NCBI RefSeq assembly: GCF_963921235.1
Contig: NC_086097.1
Coordinates: forward strand, 13,640,001-13,704,000
Source of the DNA: Mobula hypostoma
Lineage: Eukaryota
Direction of reading: 5' to 3'
Length of the DNA stretch: 64,000 nucleotides
This document shows positions 49,691 through 62,537 of this stretch, one piece after another. Under the pieces are notes generated by a model, which was not told the DNA's origin, searched no databases, and saw only the letters and a list, made by a program, of their open reading frames with translations. Position 1 is the first letter of the stretch, and each line of letters starts with the position of its first letter. The position numbers and the translations under genes were made by a program.

Positions 49691-50663
49691 GAATCTATGG
49701 AATTTGTTGCCATAGGAGGCTGTGGAGGTAAAGTCATTGGGTTTATAAGCAGAGGTTGATAGAGTCAGGGCATGAAGGGATATGGGGAAAAGCCAGGAGA
49801 TTGGAGCTGAGAGGTGATTGGATAAGCCATAATGAAATGACGGAGCATGTACAATGTTGGTAAATGCGAGGTCATCCAATTTGTAAGGAAAAATGAAAGA
49901 GTAGATTATTAAATGGTAAAAAATTACAGCATGCTGCTGTGCAGAGGGATTTGGGAGTACTTGTGCATGAATCACAAAAGGTTGGTTTGCAGGAGCAGCA
50001 GGCTTTCAAGAAGGCAAATGGAATGTTGGCCTTCATTGCTAGAGGGAATGAATTTAACAGAGGAAGGTACCCTGCTGCAACTGTACAGGGTACTGGTGAG
50101 GCCACACCTGGAGTACTGTGTGCAGTTCTGGTCTCCTTACTTGAGGAAGGATATACCAGCTTTGGAAGTGGTGCAGAGGAGGTTCACCAGGTTGATCCCA
50201 GAGATGAGGGGTTTAGACTATGAGGAGTGATTGAGTCGCCTGGGACTGTACTCACTGGAATTCAGAAGAATGAGAGGAGATCTATAGAAACATGTAAATT
50301 TATGAAAGGGATAGATAAGAAAGAGGCAGGAAAGTTGTTTCCACTGGTAGGTGAGACTTGAACTAGAGGACACAGCCTCAAGATTCAGGGGAGTAAATTT
50401 AGGACGAAGATGAGGAGGAACTGCTTTTCCCAGGGAGTGGTGAATCTATGGAATTCTCTGCCCAAAGCAGTGGAGGCCACCTCAGTAAATATATTTCAGA
50501 CAAGATTGGATAAATGTTTGCATAGTAGGGGAATTAAGGCTCATGGGGAAAAAGTCAGGTAGTTGGAGATGAGTCCATGGCCAGATCAGCCATGATCTCA
50601 TTGAATGGTGGAGCAGGCTTGACGGGCCAGATGGCCTACTCCTGCTCCTATTTCTTATGTTCT
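49690..50663 (+). mobile_element. CR1 3' fragments (a younger copy at about 49847-50663 abutting another 3' end)
   Basis: [11 protein letters not shown]...[13 protein letters not shown] and [25 protein letters not shown]. Tail CCTATTTCTTATGTTCTT. Confidence 0.93.
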
Positions 50664-50689
50664 TTTCTAAGTACTTGATCTTTTCTTCT

Positions 50690-50784
50690 CACAGAAATGC
50701 ACACACACTCTCTGAAAACACTCTTGCACATTCACATACACATTCTCAATACACTTTTGCACACTCACAAACACTCTCAAAACA

Positions 50785-50820
<36 letters not shown>

Positions 50821-50833
50821 ATATATATATATA

Positions 50834-50871
<38 letters not shown>
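50690..50871. repeat. CA-rich tract plus compound microsatellite (CTGT)n(CT)n(AT)n(AC)n
   Basis: Seen directly. Confidence 0.95.
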
Positions 50872-50872
<1 letters not shown>

Positions 50873-51444
50873 TATTGTAAGTTGTCCAGTTGTCCAGTGG
50901 TCCAGTGATTAGTTGGGATAATATCAGGGTTGTTGGGGGTTGCTGGGTGGTATGGCTCAAAGGACTAGTAGGGCCTATTGTGGGCTATATCTAATTAATA
51001 TAAATATTAATTAAGTTAAGAAAATGATCTGGGCTCCCTATCTGGAACAGGCATTGTGGTCAAATAAGGGTGTGGGGATATCTGTCCAGTATTGGCTTCC
51101 CTGAAACAGATAACACATGCATTAATTAGTTTACACATGATCCATCACTATGTCATTAAAAGAACCATTTCACACCTTCTTCAAAATGATAAGACTTTAA
51201 ATAAGCCCCTCTGAAAATGGAGTCAAGGAACCACACAGAATATTCCAACTACCACTCATATACTTTTGATCATGTTAAATGCATGCCCTCGAGTAAGACA
51301 TAATTTCCACCCTGGGAGATCTGTGTTTGTATGATTCTGGATATCTATGATTCTCATAATTGTATAAACTTCTGAGAGAGAAAGAAATCTATAACTTGAG
51401 AGAGAAAAATGTCCAACATAGTGGATTGTGAGATACAAAGGTAC

Positions 51445-51985
51445 TGCAACTACTAAAAATCTGAAACATAGGAAAATGCTGGAAATATTCAACAGATCGG
51501 TTAGAATTTGAGTAGAAATGAAAACAAAGTTAATGTTGATGACCTCATTTCAGGCATGATTGGTTCTAACACAAACAGGAAAGCAGGTTACCTAAAGTTG
51601 TTGAACGCAATATTGAATTTCAAGTATATCTGGATGGAACGTGAGGTCCTTGAACTTACTTTGGGCTCTAGTGAAACAGAATTAGAGGCTTGGTTTCTCC
51701 ACTCTAGAAGAGACTACATCATAAGCACCAAATGGGATGAAGTAGAGGTTAATAGTTGATTCAACTTGTATCTCTAGATGTTGGAAAGGGGAGGTGTTGC
51801 ATTCCTCATGATTGAACGGCAGAGACTTGAGAAGATTAATGTTTTGGTGGAGGTGGAAGTGGACAAGTGGACCAGAGGAAACATCCTTTTCAAAATGTTT
51901 TAAGGGGAGGGGAAGATGTGCCTGGTGATGGTGCCCTGTTAAATGTGGCAGAGTACACGAAGTATGATCTTTTGAATGTGGATTT
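51445..51985 (-). mobile_element. Highly decayed Penelope-like (Neptune-type) fragment
   Basis: Collinear weak similarity to 38460-39400. Confidence 0.55.
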
Positions 51986-53145
51986 TTTCCCTGCCACCTC
52001 CTATAGCCCATTTCTCAGTTCAAACAGTTTCCCCCTCTGCCTTTCCATCTAATGAACATATTTGTAATAGATTCTCTCTATTAGCATGAATTATTCATGT
52101 GTCAAGCCAATTGCATAACTTAGAAATATTCAGCTAATTAACATATTGTGCAATACCAACCTTCTTCTATAGCTTAATACTATTCACGTAATTAGAATAT
52201 TGTTACATAACCTTACTGCTCTTACAGAAAACAACACTCAACCTATTCTGGAAGCAACCAGGAATGTAGTTCGAAATTGTCAGAAACATATTCTGCAGCA
52301 TGTCAACTTATATAATGAATCTTCTTGTTGCAGCTCTGGAAGTTAACTCTTACCCAGAAACATAGGTCATTTCAGATAACAATCCAAACTCTAATGCCTA
52401 TAATGAGACCATTTTAAAATTGACAAATGTCAAAATCTTACCCAGTGTCTTTAGGATTTAGCTATTGAAAAATGATTACTGACATGAACAACAGGACATC
52501 TTTAGTTCCTTAACTTATTTATTTCAAAAACAAAGCAATTATTTGTTACATCAGTCATTATGTGCATGGAAAGAAAGAAGGGTGGAATGGAAAAGAAGAA
52601 AGTCAAAGGGGGCGAAAATGGAAGAGGAGCATTTCATTAACATGTGAAATATATTTCAAATCTTCAGAACTAGAATAGCAAAAACTAGAAAATGCAGGGA
52701 AAACTCTGCAGGCCGTAGTAAAAACTCTACAGTGTCTGTAGTAAAAGAAGCAGTCAATATTTTGGAGACACAAGAGATTGTGCAGGTACTGGAATCCTGA
52801 TGGACGGGCACAGACCTAAAGTATTGGTTGTTTCACTTTCTAAAGATGCTGCCCGACATGCTGGCTCGTTCCAACATTCTTTTTTTTTAACTTATTTCAG
52901 ATTTCCAGCATCTACAATTCTTTTTGGTATATTTAATCAAAATGACTGCACCACCCAGAAACCTACCTATATAAATACTTGCCTGACCAAAGGACAATTT
53001 ACAATGACCAATTAACCTTCTAAGTGGTATCTCCTTAGACTGCAGGAGGAATTGGGTATGGTCACGGGGAGATTGTACAAACCCCTTTAGGATGGCGCAG
53101 GAATTGAACTCTGAAATCCAAACACCTCAAGCTGTAAATATTAGT

Positions 53146-53370
53146 TAATTATCAATGGCTCCGTCTGTCTAAGTACAACGGATGCCCCCGGTTTAGTTCC
53201 GGGGAGCAGAACTGGGCAATGAATATGGAGATCCTGGGCTGCCCAGATATCAAGATCCCCCTCTCAGCCTCGCGGCTGTGGTCCAAAGGAATGTGAAGCA
53301 GTGCATTTGGCATCAGCTTGGCTGCAGGAGCTGCCAAGAGGTGACAAGATACGTCATCCAACCGCCTTAA
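53146..53370 (-). mobile_element. Unclassified short interspersed element nested in a V-SINE
   Basis: GC-richer block interrupting the V-SINE head (GCTGTAA...GTGCTAACCACTACGCC). Confidence 0.55.
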
Positions 53371-54108
53371 TAGGATTGTGCTAACCACTACGCCGTCATG
53401 GTGACCTGATCAGTGTGCCTTGCAGCCGACCAGAGTCATTGTTGTCCAAGATTTAATGTGTAAATGGAAAAATCACAATGCAAAAACATCCAGATAATCT
53501 ATGCTTTTAATGTGGGTGATGCACAAATATCAGTTCTATTCTCAGGGGATCTCCCCGTCTTCTGAATCTGTTTTATATTCAAGCCAGAGACAGGTATTCC
53601 CAGGAGATGCTCTTTTGCTCAATGTAAGATCGCAAGATGATGAAGGTCATTAACCTTGTCTTATTTCATAATTTTTAACCCACACCCATTAGAGAATCAA
53701 ACTGCTTTCTCAATGATTGCAGAGTTTCTTGCCGCCAGTACTGTCTACTCTGAACATAAAACACTACATCCAGGAACTACTATGTTGGGAAGAGCATTGT
53801 TTATGCTTATCGACAGGTTAACACCAAGAGATGCGGCTTCATTTTAAAACTGTGCCGTCAGGTGCTGAAAGTGTTTGGTTGCTTCATTTTGAAAGCTCCT
53901 TTTGATAGAGCAGGAACTGGGCTGAGAGAGTAATAGAAGGTTGATTGCCATTTCAGACAGGAGCAAAAGTTAAGCGGCAGAGTTTAATGTTGAGTCATTT
54001 ATAAACACAGAGATTCTGCAGATGCTGGAAAGCCAAGGGAACACTCACAAAATGGTGGAGGAATTCAGCAGGTCAGGCAGCATCTATGGAAAGGAATATA
54101 CAGTTGAC

Positions 54109-54816
54109 TTTGATGTTGCGGTGTTCGCGGAATTTGGCAATTAACTTGCAGATGTTTCATCACCAGTTGAGGTGACATCGTCAGTGCACAGTTATTGGTG
54201 TTTCTCTCTAGGAGTGTTCGCATTTATATAACCCCATGTTCACTTGCCTCGGTCCAGATTGGCTAGCCCTTCAGATTACCTTTGAACTCTATTGGCTTCC
54301 GTTTCTTTGGTTTTTAGGGGTTAGTAGATGGCAGTTATTTCGATGTTTGCTTACGGAGTTATTCGAAGAGAACCACGCTTCTCAAAATTCTCGTGCCTGC
54401 TTTGTGTTTGCCCGCTCCAGAACCTCCACGGTGTCCCAGTTAAAGTGATGTTCTTCTAGGTTTTCATGTACTGAGATCAGCAACAGTAGATCATGCCTCC
54501 ATACTGTTAGTTTGTGTTCCCTTAAATGAGCTGAGAGTTTACGTCTTGTCTGGCCGACATGGTTCTTGTTGCAGTCTTGACAGGTGATCCTGTACACCTT
54601 ATTACTTTTGTCAGTTGTCTTTACTGGAACCTTGTCTTTCCATAAAGTCGCCTTTGGTTTGTGAGTGATCGTGATGTTGTGAGTTTGAGCTGTCGGGATG
54701 TAATTTCTGAGATGTTCTAGATGTAGGACAAGGTCACCGGTTTCAATGCGCATTGAGTAAGGTCTGCCCAACTCTCTCTTCTTAGTAAGCATCTCCTGAT
54801 AATCTCCACATCCCAA
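54109..54816 (-). mobile_element. Penelope-like element (Penelope/Poseidon-type) 3' fragment
   Basis: VTLSYI*NISEITSR, then HKP...KSNKVYRITCQDCNKNHVGQTRRKLSAHLREH...HHFNWD...AREF, a GIY-YIG domain. Flanked by ACAGTTGAC/ACAGTCGAC. Confidence 0.9.
54147..54188 (-). ncRNA. Minimal hammerhead ribozyme motif, second family
   Basis: Reverse complement TGCA-CTGACGA-T-GTCACC(TCAACT)GGTGAT-GAAA-CATC-TGCA. Confidence 0.78.
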
Positions 54817-55549
54817 ACAGTCGACATTTTGGGCAGAGACCCTTCTTCAGCACCGAAGTCATTTACGTTGTCCCCGAGTGGCAGATGTTAGCACTTCACT
54901 TGCATCATCATCCAGGCCATACTCTCTTCTTACTGCTCCATAGGGGTAGGGTTTGTTACTATGGCCTCAGTAACAGGAATTCCACCAGTAGCCCTACAAA
55001 CAAGAAGTTCGTCATATGAAGCATGTAACCAATAATGGTTAAGCATTGAATAACACACACAAAATGCTGGAGCAACTCAGCAGATCAGGCATCAATGGAA
55101 TGAATGAACAGTTGACATCTTGGGCCGAAATCCTTAACCAAGATTGGAAAGGAAGACGGAAGAAACCAGAGTAAGAGGGCGAGGGAGGGGAAGGTGAGCA
55201 AGCTAGAAGGTGAAAGGTGAAGTCAGGTGGTTGGAGTAGGGAGGATGAAGGAAGAAGCTGAAAAATGATAAGTGGAAAAGCTAAAGGACCGGAGAAGAAG
55301 GAATCGACAAAATATTGTGATTAAGTATTGGGCCAGTATCCTGAATTCACACCAGTATCTGTTCCTCATCTATCTAAAAGCAGATGATCAAATCATTGGC
55401 ATATATACTTTTTGCGGGAGCTTTCTGCGCACAAATTGGCTGCTTTTTTATGCATTACAACAGCAACAGAACTTCAGAATTTCTTGTTCCATTCTAACAT
55501 GACAGCAACTGTGCAAGGAGAAGCAGATGTCACAATTCTGGTCAAAGCC

Positions 55550-56083
55550 CTTTGTCGGAGTTGAGCACATCTACAAGGAGCGCTGCCTCAGGATAGCAAA
55601 TTCTATCATCGAGGTCTGCCAGCATCCAGGTCATGCTCTCTTCTCACCGCTGCCTTTGGAAGGAGATAGTGTAAACTTAGGTGCCACAGCACTAGGTTCA
55701 GGAATACTTAGTACCCTTCAGCCATCATGCTCCAGAACCGGTGTGGATAATTTCACTCAGCTCATCTCTGTACAGATTCCACAACCTAAAGGCTCACGTT
55801 CAAGGACTCTACAACTCACATTCTCAGTATTATTTACTTACTATTATTATTATTTGTTTTTTTCATATCGGCACAGTTTGTCATCTTTTACTATTTATTA
55901 TTATTTTTTTTCTCTAGATTGGCAGAGTTTATCTTTAGAACATTGGTTGTTTGTCAGTCAGTCCTTGTTTGTGTGTAGTTCTTCAATTCTTTGTTCTTCT
56001 GTGAATGCCCGCAAAAGCATGAATCTCGGGTAGTTTGTGGAGACATGTACATACTTTGATAGTAAATTTACTCCGAACTTTGA
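55550..56083 (+). mobile_element. Rex1/Babar LINE 3' fragment
   Basis: IYKERCLRIANSII...HPGHALFSPLP. (ACTTTGA) tail. Confidence 0.8.
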
Positions 56084-58499
56084 AAAATCTGGAGTATTGC
56101 TCATGAGTGCGGATTTTTACGTTCAGATCTGGAGTGGGTGTCGAACCTATTATTTTGACTCAAGTACTTGCCTCTGGGCCCAGCTGACACTGAGCAGAAG
56201 GAATTGCCTGACACATGGTGTGTGACTCCATTTGGGTTGCTGAAGTTTAATTTTATCAGCACAGCCTTTTCACCTCAGGAACATGGGTTAAATCCAGGTC
56301 CGACAAGGACAATAGAGGTCTTTGGTTTCTAATGGCTGGGGTGCCTCCAAAGTATAATGGGTTTCAATCTCAGCTGAAAGTGAGGCAGTCTACAATACCA
56401 AAGTGGTCATAAATCCAGAGCTAATTGGTACTGGGAAAGCGTGATATTGCCACTGGGTGTAAAGTGAGTAAGATTTCCATTCCCCAGGATCACAGTCCAT
56501 CACCTCCATGAGTACGCAAACACAAAAAAAAAATCTGTTTTTGGTGTGCATGACCTGTAACCCAGTGGAATCGTTGTGCCTGCTTATTTTGTATCCCATA
56601 ATTAATGTGGATGATGTAACGTGATCTCCAAGGATACAAACCCTCACTAGAACCTTGACTGAAAAACTAAGCCTACCTTTTAATCGGCCCACACAAATAG
56701 TTAGTACAAATAGAATTATGCAGATGCAAGGTAAAATAGAAAAAAATAATTGAATCTGTAGAAATGGATAAGATGCAAAAAAGCAAGCGTTCCAAATGTC
56801 ATGCAATATTTTATTGCTCCTTATTGGCAATTCAGTGCTAGTTAGAGGTTGATTTGCATTCTTTTACAGCTCGGACCGCAAATTTTTCCAATCCTGTTTT
56901 AAAAATGCCCAATCTAAGAACAGAAATCAGATTGATCATTAGTTTGGCTTTTCACTGGCTGGACGACTGACCACATCATCACCCTTAATTTGGCATCTTA
57001 ACTCACAAATGGACTTTACGTTTAAAAAAAAAACTGTGGTCGCTAGTTTAAGCACACAGCTCTGTCAAGTTCGATGTAAAATTCTGCCGGAACAGAGACT
57101 GTATCACAATAAACCAAGGCTTAAAGGCTGCAGTCTTTGACTTTGACCTCTCATGTAAAGACTGTGGTTGTGCAACAACATTCCATTTTCACTCGCCATT
57201 CCCTCTCACCTTTGTGAGATCCGGTAAGTTTGCTATCCCAATATGCACAATCTACTTCTGGGACACAGCATGTGTTGCATTGTGCGATGGAATAAGCAGC
57301 GATTGTTTAACTCTTGTCATGAATAATTTCCATGCAGGAATTATCATCTTCTATTCCGGTAGATTTCAGGCCAAGGCATCAGAGGCCCTCTATCCCTTTC
57401 CTTTCCTTCCACTGGCTTTGGGATGCTGTTTCCCTCATACATTATTGATAGTCAAGGAGCCTGCCAACTTCAGTTTGAGACAGACAAAAGGGGACTGGAT
57501 GGCATCTCATGCTGCTCAAGGCCTTCTTTCATTAAAAACATTTCAGCTTGTTCTCCAAGGGCACCCTTCTGTCACTCTCTGCCATGCAGGAGAAAATAGC
57601 TTTGAAACTCAGTGAATAGTACAAATGAATTACTCTTCAGGTATTGGCACAGCCTGATTATAAAACCCAATTCAGCAGTGTCCTTCGCACCTTTCCACTT
57701 GTAGCTACATAATCAGCAAGCGTCATTTCATCTCCCTCGTCTTTTTTCTTTCCTGGGCTCCATCTCGTTCTTTCTCTCTTTTTTTTTATTACACTCGCCT
57801 TTCCTTCTGGAAGATATAACCATTTACAGTTGCTCTGTAATTAAATATTTATAAATCTGAGCAATGGTTAGCTGCTGAATAATAAATAATGAGACCATGG
57901 TGGCTTTGGATAATCTCCCCCAGCTTTTTATCTACAGTCCTTTAACACAGTGATAGGAGTTGTCACTGAAAGTCAGTCACAGTCTCTATTTTAAAAGTAG
58001 AGGGTTTTATTTTTTTATATAGTTGTCGCTAGTGGTACTTGGCAGAAATATAACATATCAGACTCGTGTCTTCCGGTATTTGTATGGGACTGACCAGTCT
58101 TTAAGATAATCGATTGTACTGCGCCTGCTGTCTCTTGGGTGCTGTGATAGATTCAGCAATGCATTTCAGATCAGTGGTAGTGCTGACACACGACCCTGGG
58201 TTACCAGGACTTGTGGAACGTCCTCTGACCTACAGAATAAATAATTGATATATTTATGCCACTCTGATGCTATTATTTTACTGCCTGGCATGAATGTGAT
58301 ATCCAATTTTAGTGACACAAAGAGTAATTTGACTTCTAATACAACTCAGACTGCAAACTAGTCAAGCCACACGAGTGGGCAATGTCACGCAGATGATGAC
58401 TGTGTGAAACTTGAAGTGCTCCTCTTGGTTACTTCTTTGTACTGACTGGCCTCAGGAATGGTTGCTTCTTTTCTTCCCGGAGATATAGTGTTTGTGCTG

Positions 58500-58627
58500 T
58501 AACACACTCAAAATGCTGGTGAACGCAGCAGGCCAGGCAGCATCCATAGGAAGAAGCACAGTCGACATTTCAGGCCGAGACCCTTCATCAGGACTAACTG
58601 AAAGAAGAGATAGCAAGAGATTTGAAA
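58500..58627 (-). mobile_element. Neptune-type PLE terminal fragment with hammerhead (58560-58595)
   Basis: Reverse complement AGTC-CTGATGA-AGGG(TCTCGG)CCT-GAAA-TGTC-GACT. Confidence 0.85.
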
Positions 58628-58899
58628 TCTCCATTTGGCTGATTTAATTTGGCATGCATTACTAAACGACAATAAAAGAGGACTACGTGTCTTCATCATC
58701 ATAATATCACTCCCAACCCCCTGCTCCTGCCTTCTCCTTATAACTTTTGACATCCTGACTAATCAAGATACGATCAACCTCTGCTTTAAATATACTCAAT
58801 AACTTGTTCTCCAGATCTGTTGTGGAAATGAATTCCACAGATTTGCTATCCTCGGGCTAAATTAGTTTCTCCTTATCTCTGTTCTAAATGGACATCCCT

Positions 58900-60085
58900 C
58901 CAAAGGACCTCGGGAAGCAGAGGTGACTCTGACCCTTCCTGTATGCAGCCTCAAGTCTGTCATCCAGGTGCACCACCAGGTACTTGTAGGTGCTCACCAC
59001 ATCCACGTCCTCACCACCAATAGTAACAGGGAGTAATGCAGGCTTGGTCTTCCTAAAGTCCATCACCATCTCCTTTGTCTTACTGATGTTGAGCTGCAGA
59101 TGATTCATCTTGCACCACTTGACAAAGTCCTCCACCAGGGCCCTATATTCATCCTCCTGTACTCCTTTTATACACCCAACTATTGCTGAGTCATCAGAGA
59201 ATTTCTGCAGTTGACATAACTCAGCATTGTATCTAAAGTCTGAAGTATACAGGATAAACAGGAAGGGAGCCAATTCAGTCCCCTGGGGGTCCCAGTGCTG
59301 TTTATTGTCATGTCTGAAACATAGCTCTGAAGCTGCACAAACTGTGGTCAGCCGGTCAGGTAGTCCATTATCTAGGATACAATGAAAGTGTCAACTTGCA
59401 TTAAACAGAACTTTTACCCAGCAAAGAGAACTCTATGGTATTGAAGGCACCTGAGCAAACTTGGCCTTTTCTCCTTGGAGCGACAGAGAATGAGAGGTGA
59501 ACTGATAGAGGTGTATAAGACGATAAGAGGCATTGATTGTGTGGATAGCCAGTGGCTTTTTCCCAGGTCTGAAATGGCTAACATGAGGGGGCAACGTTTT
59601 AAGGAGCTTGGAAATAGGTACAGAGGGGATATCAGGGGTAAGTTTTGGGTGCGTGGAATGCACTGCCACTGACAGTGGTGGAAGTGGACACAATAGGGTC
59701 TTTTAAGAGACTCTTAGGTAGGTACATGGAGCTTAAAAAACTAGAGGGCTATGCAGTAGGGAAGTTCTAGGCAGTTTCTAGAGCAGGTTACATGGTGGGC
59801 ACAACATTGTGGGCAGAAAGGCCTGTAATGTGCTGTAGATGTCGATGTTCTATGTTCCATGAAATCAAAAACCATGATCCTCATAGTGCTGTGCTACTCA
59901 TCCAAATGGGAATAGGTTATGCTTAGCAAGTAGATGATAGCATCGTCAACTCCAATGTGCTCCTGGTAGGCAAACTGCAGGGGATTGAGGGCTGATCTGG
60001 CCAGGGACAGGAGGTGAACCAGGACCAGCCTCTCTAGAGTCTTCATGATGGTTTGGTCAGGGCCACTGGACGGTAGTCATTACAT
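58900..60085 (-). mobile_element. Rex1/Babar LINE RT fragment, interrupted by CR1
   Basis: PFLFILYTSDFRYN...QKFSDDSAIVGCI...NHLQLNISKTKEMVMDFRK. DYRPVALT...PLQFAY...FDF upstream, with SAFNTI resuming at 59450. Confidence 0.92.
59451..59860 (+). mobile_element. CR1 3' fragment nested in Rex1
   Basis: RMRGELIEVYKTIRGID. Tail GTTCTATGTTCCAT. Confidence 0.92.
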
Positions 60086-60824
60086 CATTGTTGCTGTTGT
60101 TATTGTATCAGCAGCAGCATAACATGTCGAAGCTTTGGAATTTATCAATAAGGAGATATTTGGTTAGATGACTAAAGGCTTGATTAACTGTGGGGGGCGT
60201 GGGCGAAGAGATGGAGCATGGCACAGAGCCTTTCTGAGAGAAGAGTAGGATAATTCTGTGGAGCACTAAAACCATGCCCAAGCTGTTTTCAATCAACTTT
60301 TTGAAGGCACCATTGCAAAATTAACTGCAGTTTCTGTAAAGTTTTCTACCAGGGGATCACACTTTCCTTATTTAAAATGCGCAGAACAATGACTTGTGGT
60401 TTTGTGTGTTTGAACCATTTCTAGTCTCCATCAGTCCTAAGCAGTCACGAGTAGCTAATGCCTGTCTCAAAGCAACATCCTAGCATTGATTTTAAGACAA
60501 ACATCGCTTTACTAATTAAATTAAACTTTAATTATTAAAACGTTAGCAATTTTCAACTATACTCATTGCTTCCAACCCCATTATTGACTTTAATTTGTTT
60601 GATTTTATTCAACTGTCTGACCACAAAGTAACCTTTGCTTCTATGTCAGGCTAATGAACCTGATAAGTTCTGCTTTGCCAATATGCCAGTACTGACTGTA
60701 CCATTATGTCACTCTTTTTGCTATTACCCCAACCTTACTTCCAATGTTTTCATGGATACACTAAATGTCTCATCAGTTATAAAATATTAACATTGAACCC
60801 CTGATGATGATACTTAACCATAAT

Positions 60825-61205
60825 AATCATCTTTATGTGTCCTGTCGTATGATGTGAGCGATCATGGCCTTTGACCATGATTGCTCTTGGCAAATTTTTC
60901 TACAGAAATAATTGCCATTGCCCTCTTATAGGCAGTGTTTTTTTTTCCAAAATGGGTGACCCCCACACCCCCCTCAGCCATTGTCAATACTCTTCAGAGA
61001 TTATCTGCCTGGCATCAGTGGTCACATAACCAGGACTTGAACTATGCACCGGCTGTTCCCATGGCTTCACGTGACCCTGATCGGTCGGGGCGGGGCGGGG
61101 GGAATAAGCAAGTGCTACAGCTTGTCCAAGGTTCACCTGCAGGCTAGCCAAGGAAAGGAACACCTTGCACTTCCTTTGGTAGAAACTCACCTCCACCCTG
61201 CCACC
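60825..61205 (-). mobile_element. RTE-tail SINE, near full length
   Basis: Homologous to 34180-34500. Confidence 0.75.
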
Positions 61206-61699
61206 ATTTAACTATAATATAGCACGTCAGAATTCAAAATAGAGGAAATGCATACAGGATCCAGAAAAACTGGACCTCCAGGTTTGTCACTGCACGTAGT
61301 GAGACATGAACTGAGAAAGATTTTGGCAGGGGTAGGGAATATAGAACATAAAACATGGAACAGTACCTCACAGAATAGGCCCTTTGGCCCACAATGTTGT
61401 GCCGACTTTTTAATCTACTCTAAAATCAATCTAACGATTCCCTCTCACGTAGCCTTCCACTATTCTATCATCCAGCTGCCTACTTACAGTCTCGTAAATG
61501 TCCTTAATGTATGCAAATCAAAGGTAAGGTCAAGTTTATTGTAATATACACAAGCACATGTATGCACAGGTGTAATGGAAAACTTTCAGGCAGAGCGCAT
61601 CACATAATTCCACAGGAGTGGTCGTAAAGACAGGTTGATTAAAGAATAGGGCACCACAGATCATGAGAAGTTATAATCATATCTGTTCAGATGAGTGTT

Positions 61700-62060
61700 C
61701 CACAGATCCAGCGCTGGTTTGGGAGCGAGGGGCTTCGGTCTTGTGAAATCGCGGCGGCGGTCCACACGCGGGTGAAGGCCACGGACATTCGCGCCACTAT
61801 GGCTGGCGGAGACTGGTGAGCGCAGGGGGAGAAACCGGATTAGACCTGGTTAGAGCGAGCTGACCCTGCAGGATGTGCCGCAGATTATCAGTGAGAAAAC
61901 CAGGCGGCGGCAGCGAGCCCTTAACTCCCGGTGAGCGGCGATTGTGGTGCCGTGGGCGAGGAAGCTGAGGAGCGGCAAGCATCTGATGACCACAGATCCC
62001 AGCTTCTTCAGGCTCTGCTGTTTTCTGGGGGCCTTGCCCCTGTTGTAGTGGTCCGGCGGT
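61700..62060. promoter_or_regulatory. Small CpG island; candidate promoter/first exon
   Basis: Roughly 25 CpG in 61711-61980 against a CpG-depleted background, with no copy elsewhere in the window. GCCACT-ATG-G (61799) is followed by donor TG|GTGAGC (61816). Confidence 0.55.
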
Positions 62061-62537
62061 GACACCATTTTCCAGTCTCCGTCATGCTGCTGAGGCAGTA
62101 TCAACGCCAACCGTCCCTCTACCTCCACGGACACTGTCTGACCCTCTGGCCTTCTCCAGCGGTCTACTTTTAGCTCCAGATCTCAGCACTTACAGTTGTT
62201 TGTGTCCCAACTATTCTCTGTTCTATGTATCTGTCACTGCCACCACACCCAGCAATGCATTCCATGCACCCATCATATTTTGTGTAAAATAAAAGAATGA
62301 TTGGAGAAAAACATCAAGTGGGCTGAGGGGATGTTTTATATCCTGTGTTTCTTCACTCTTTTTCTGTCGTTTGCATGATTTGTTCTTTTCTTGTGTATGT
62401 TGTGGGCTTGTTATTTTTCCATGAACAGCTTCCATATGGTTTTCTTTGTTTCATGGCTGCCTGTGGGAAGACATATCTCAGGGTTGTATTCTGCATATGT
62501 GCTTTGATAATAAATGTACATAGAACTTTGAACTTTG

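Noticed and set aside
56870..57223. Possible exon between CTTTTACAG| and |GTAAGT
   Set aside because: No convincing reading frame; splice-like motifs alone are insufficient.
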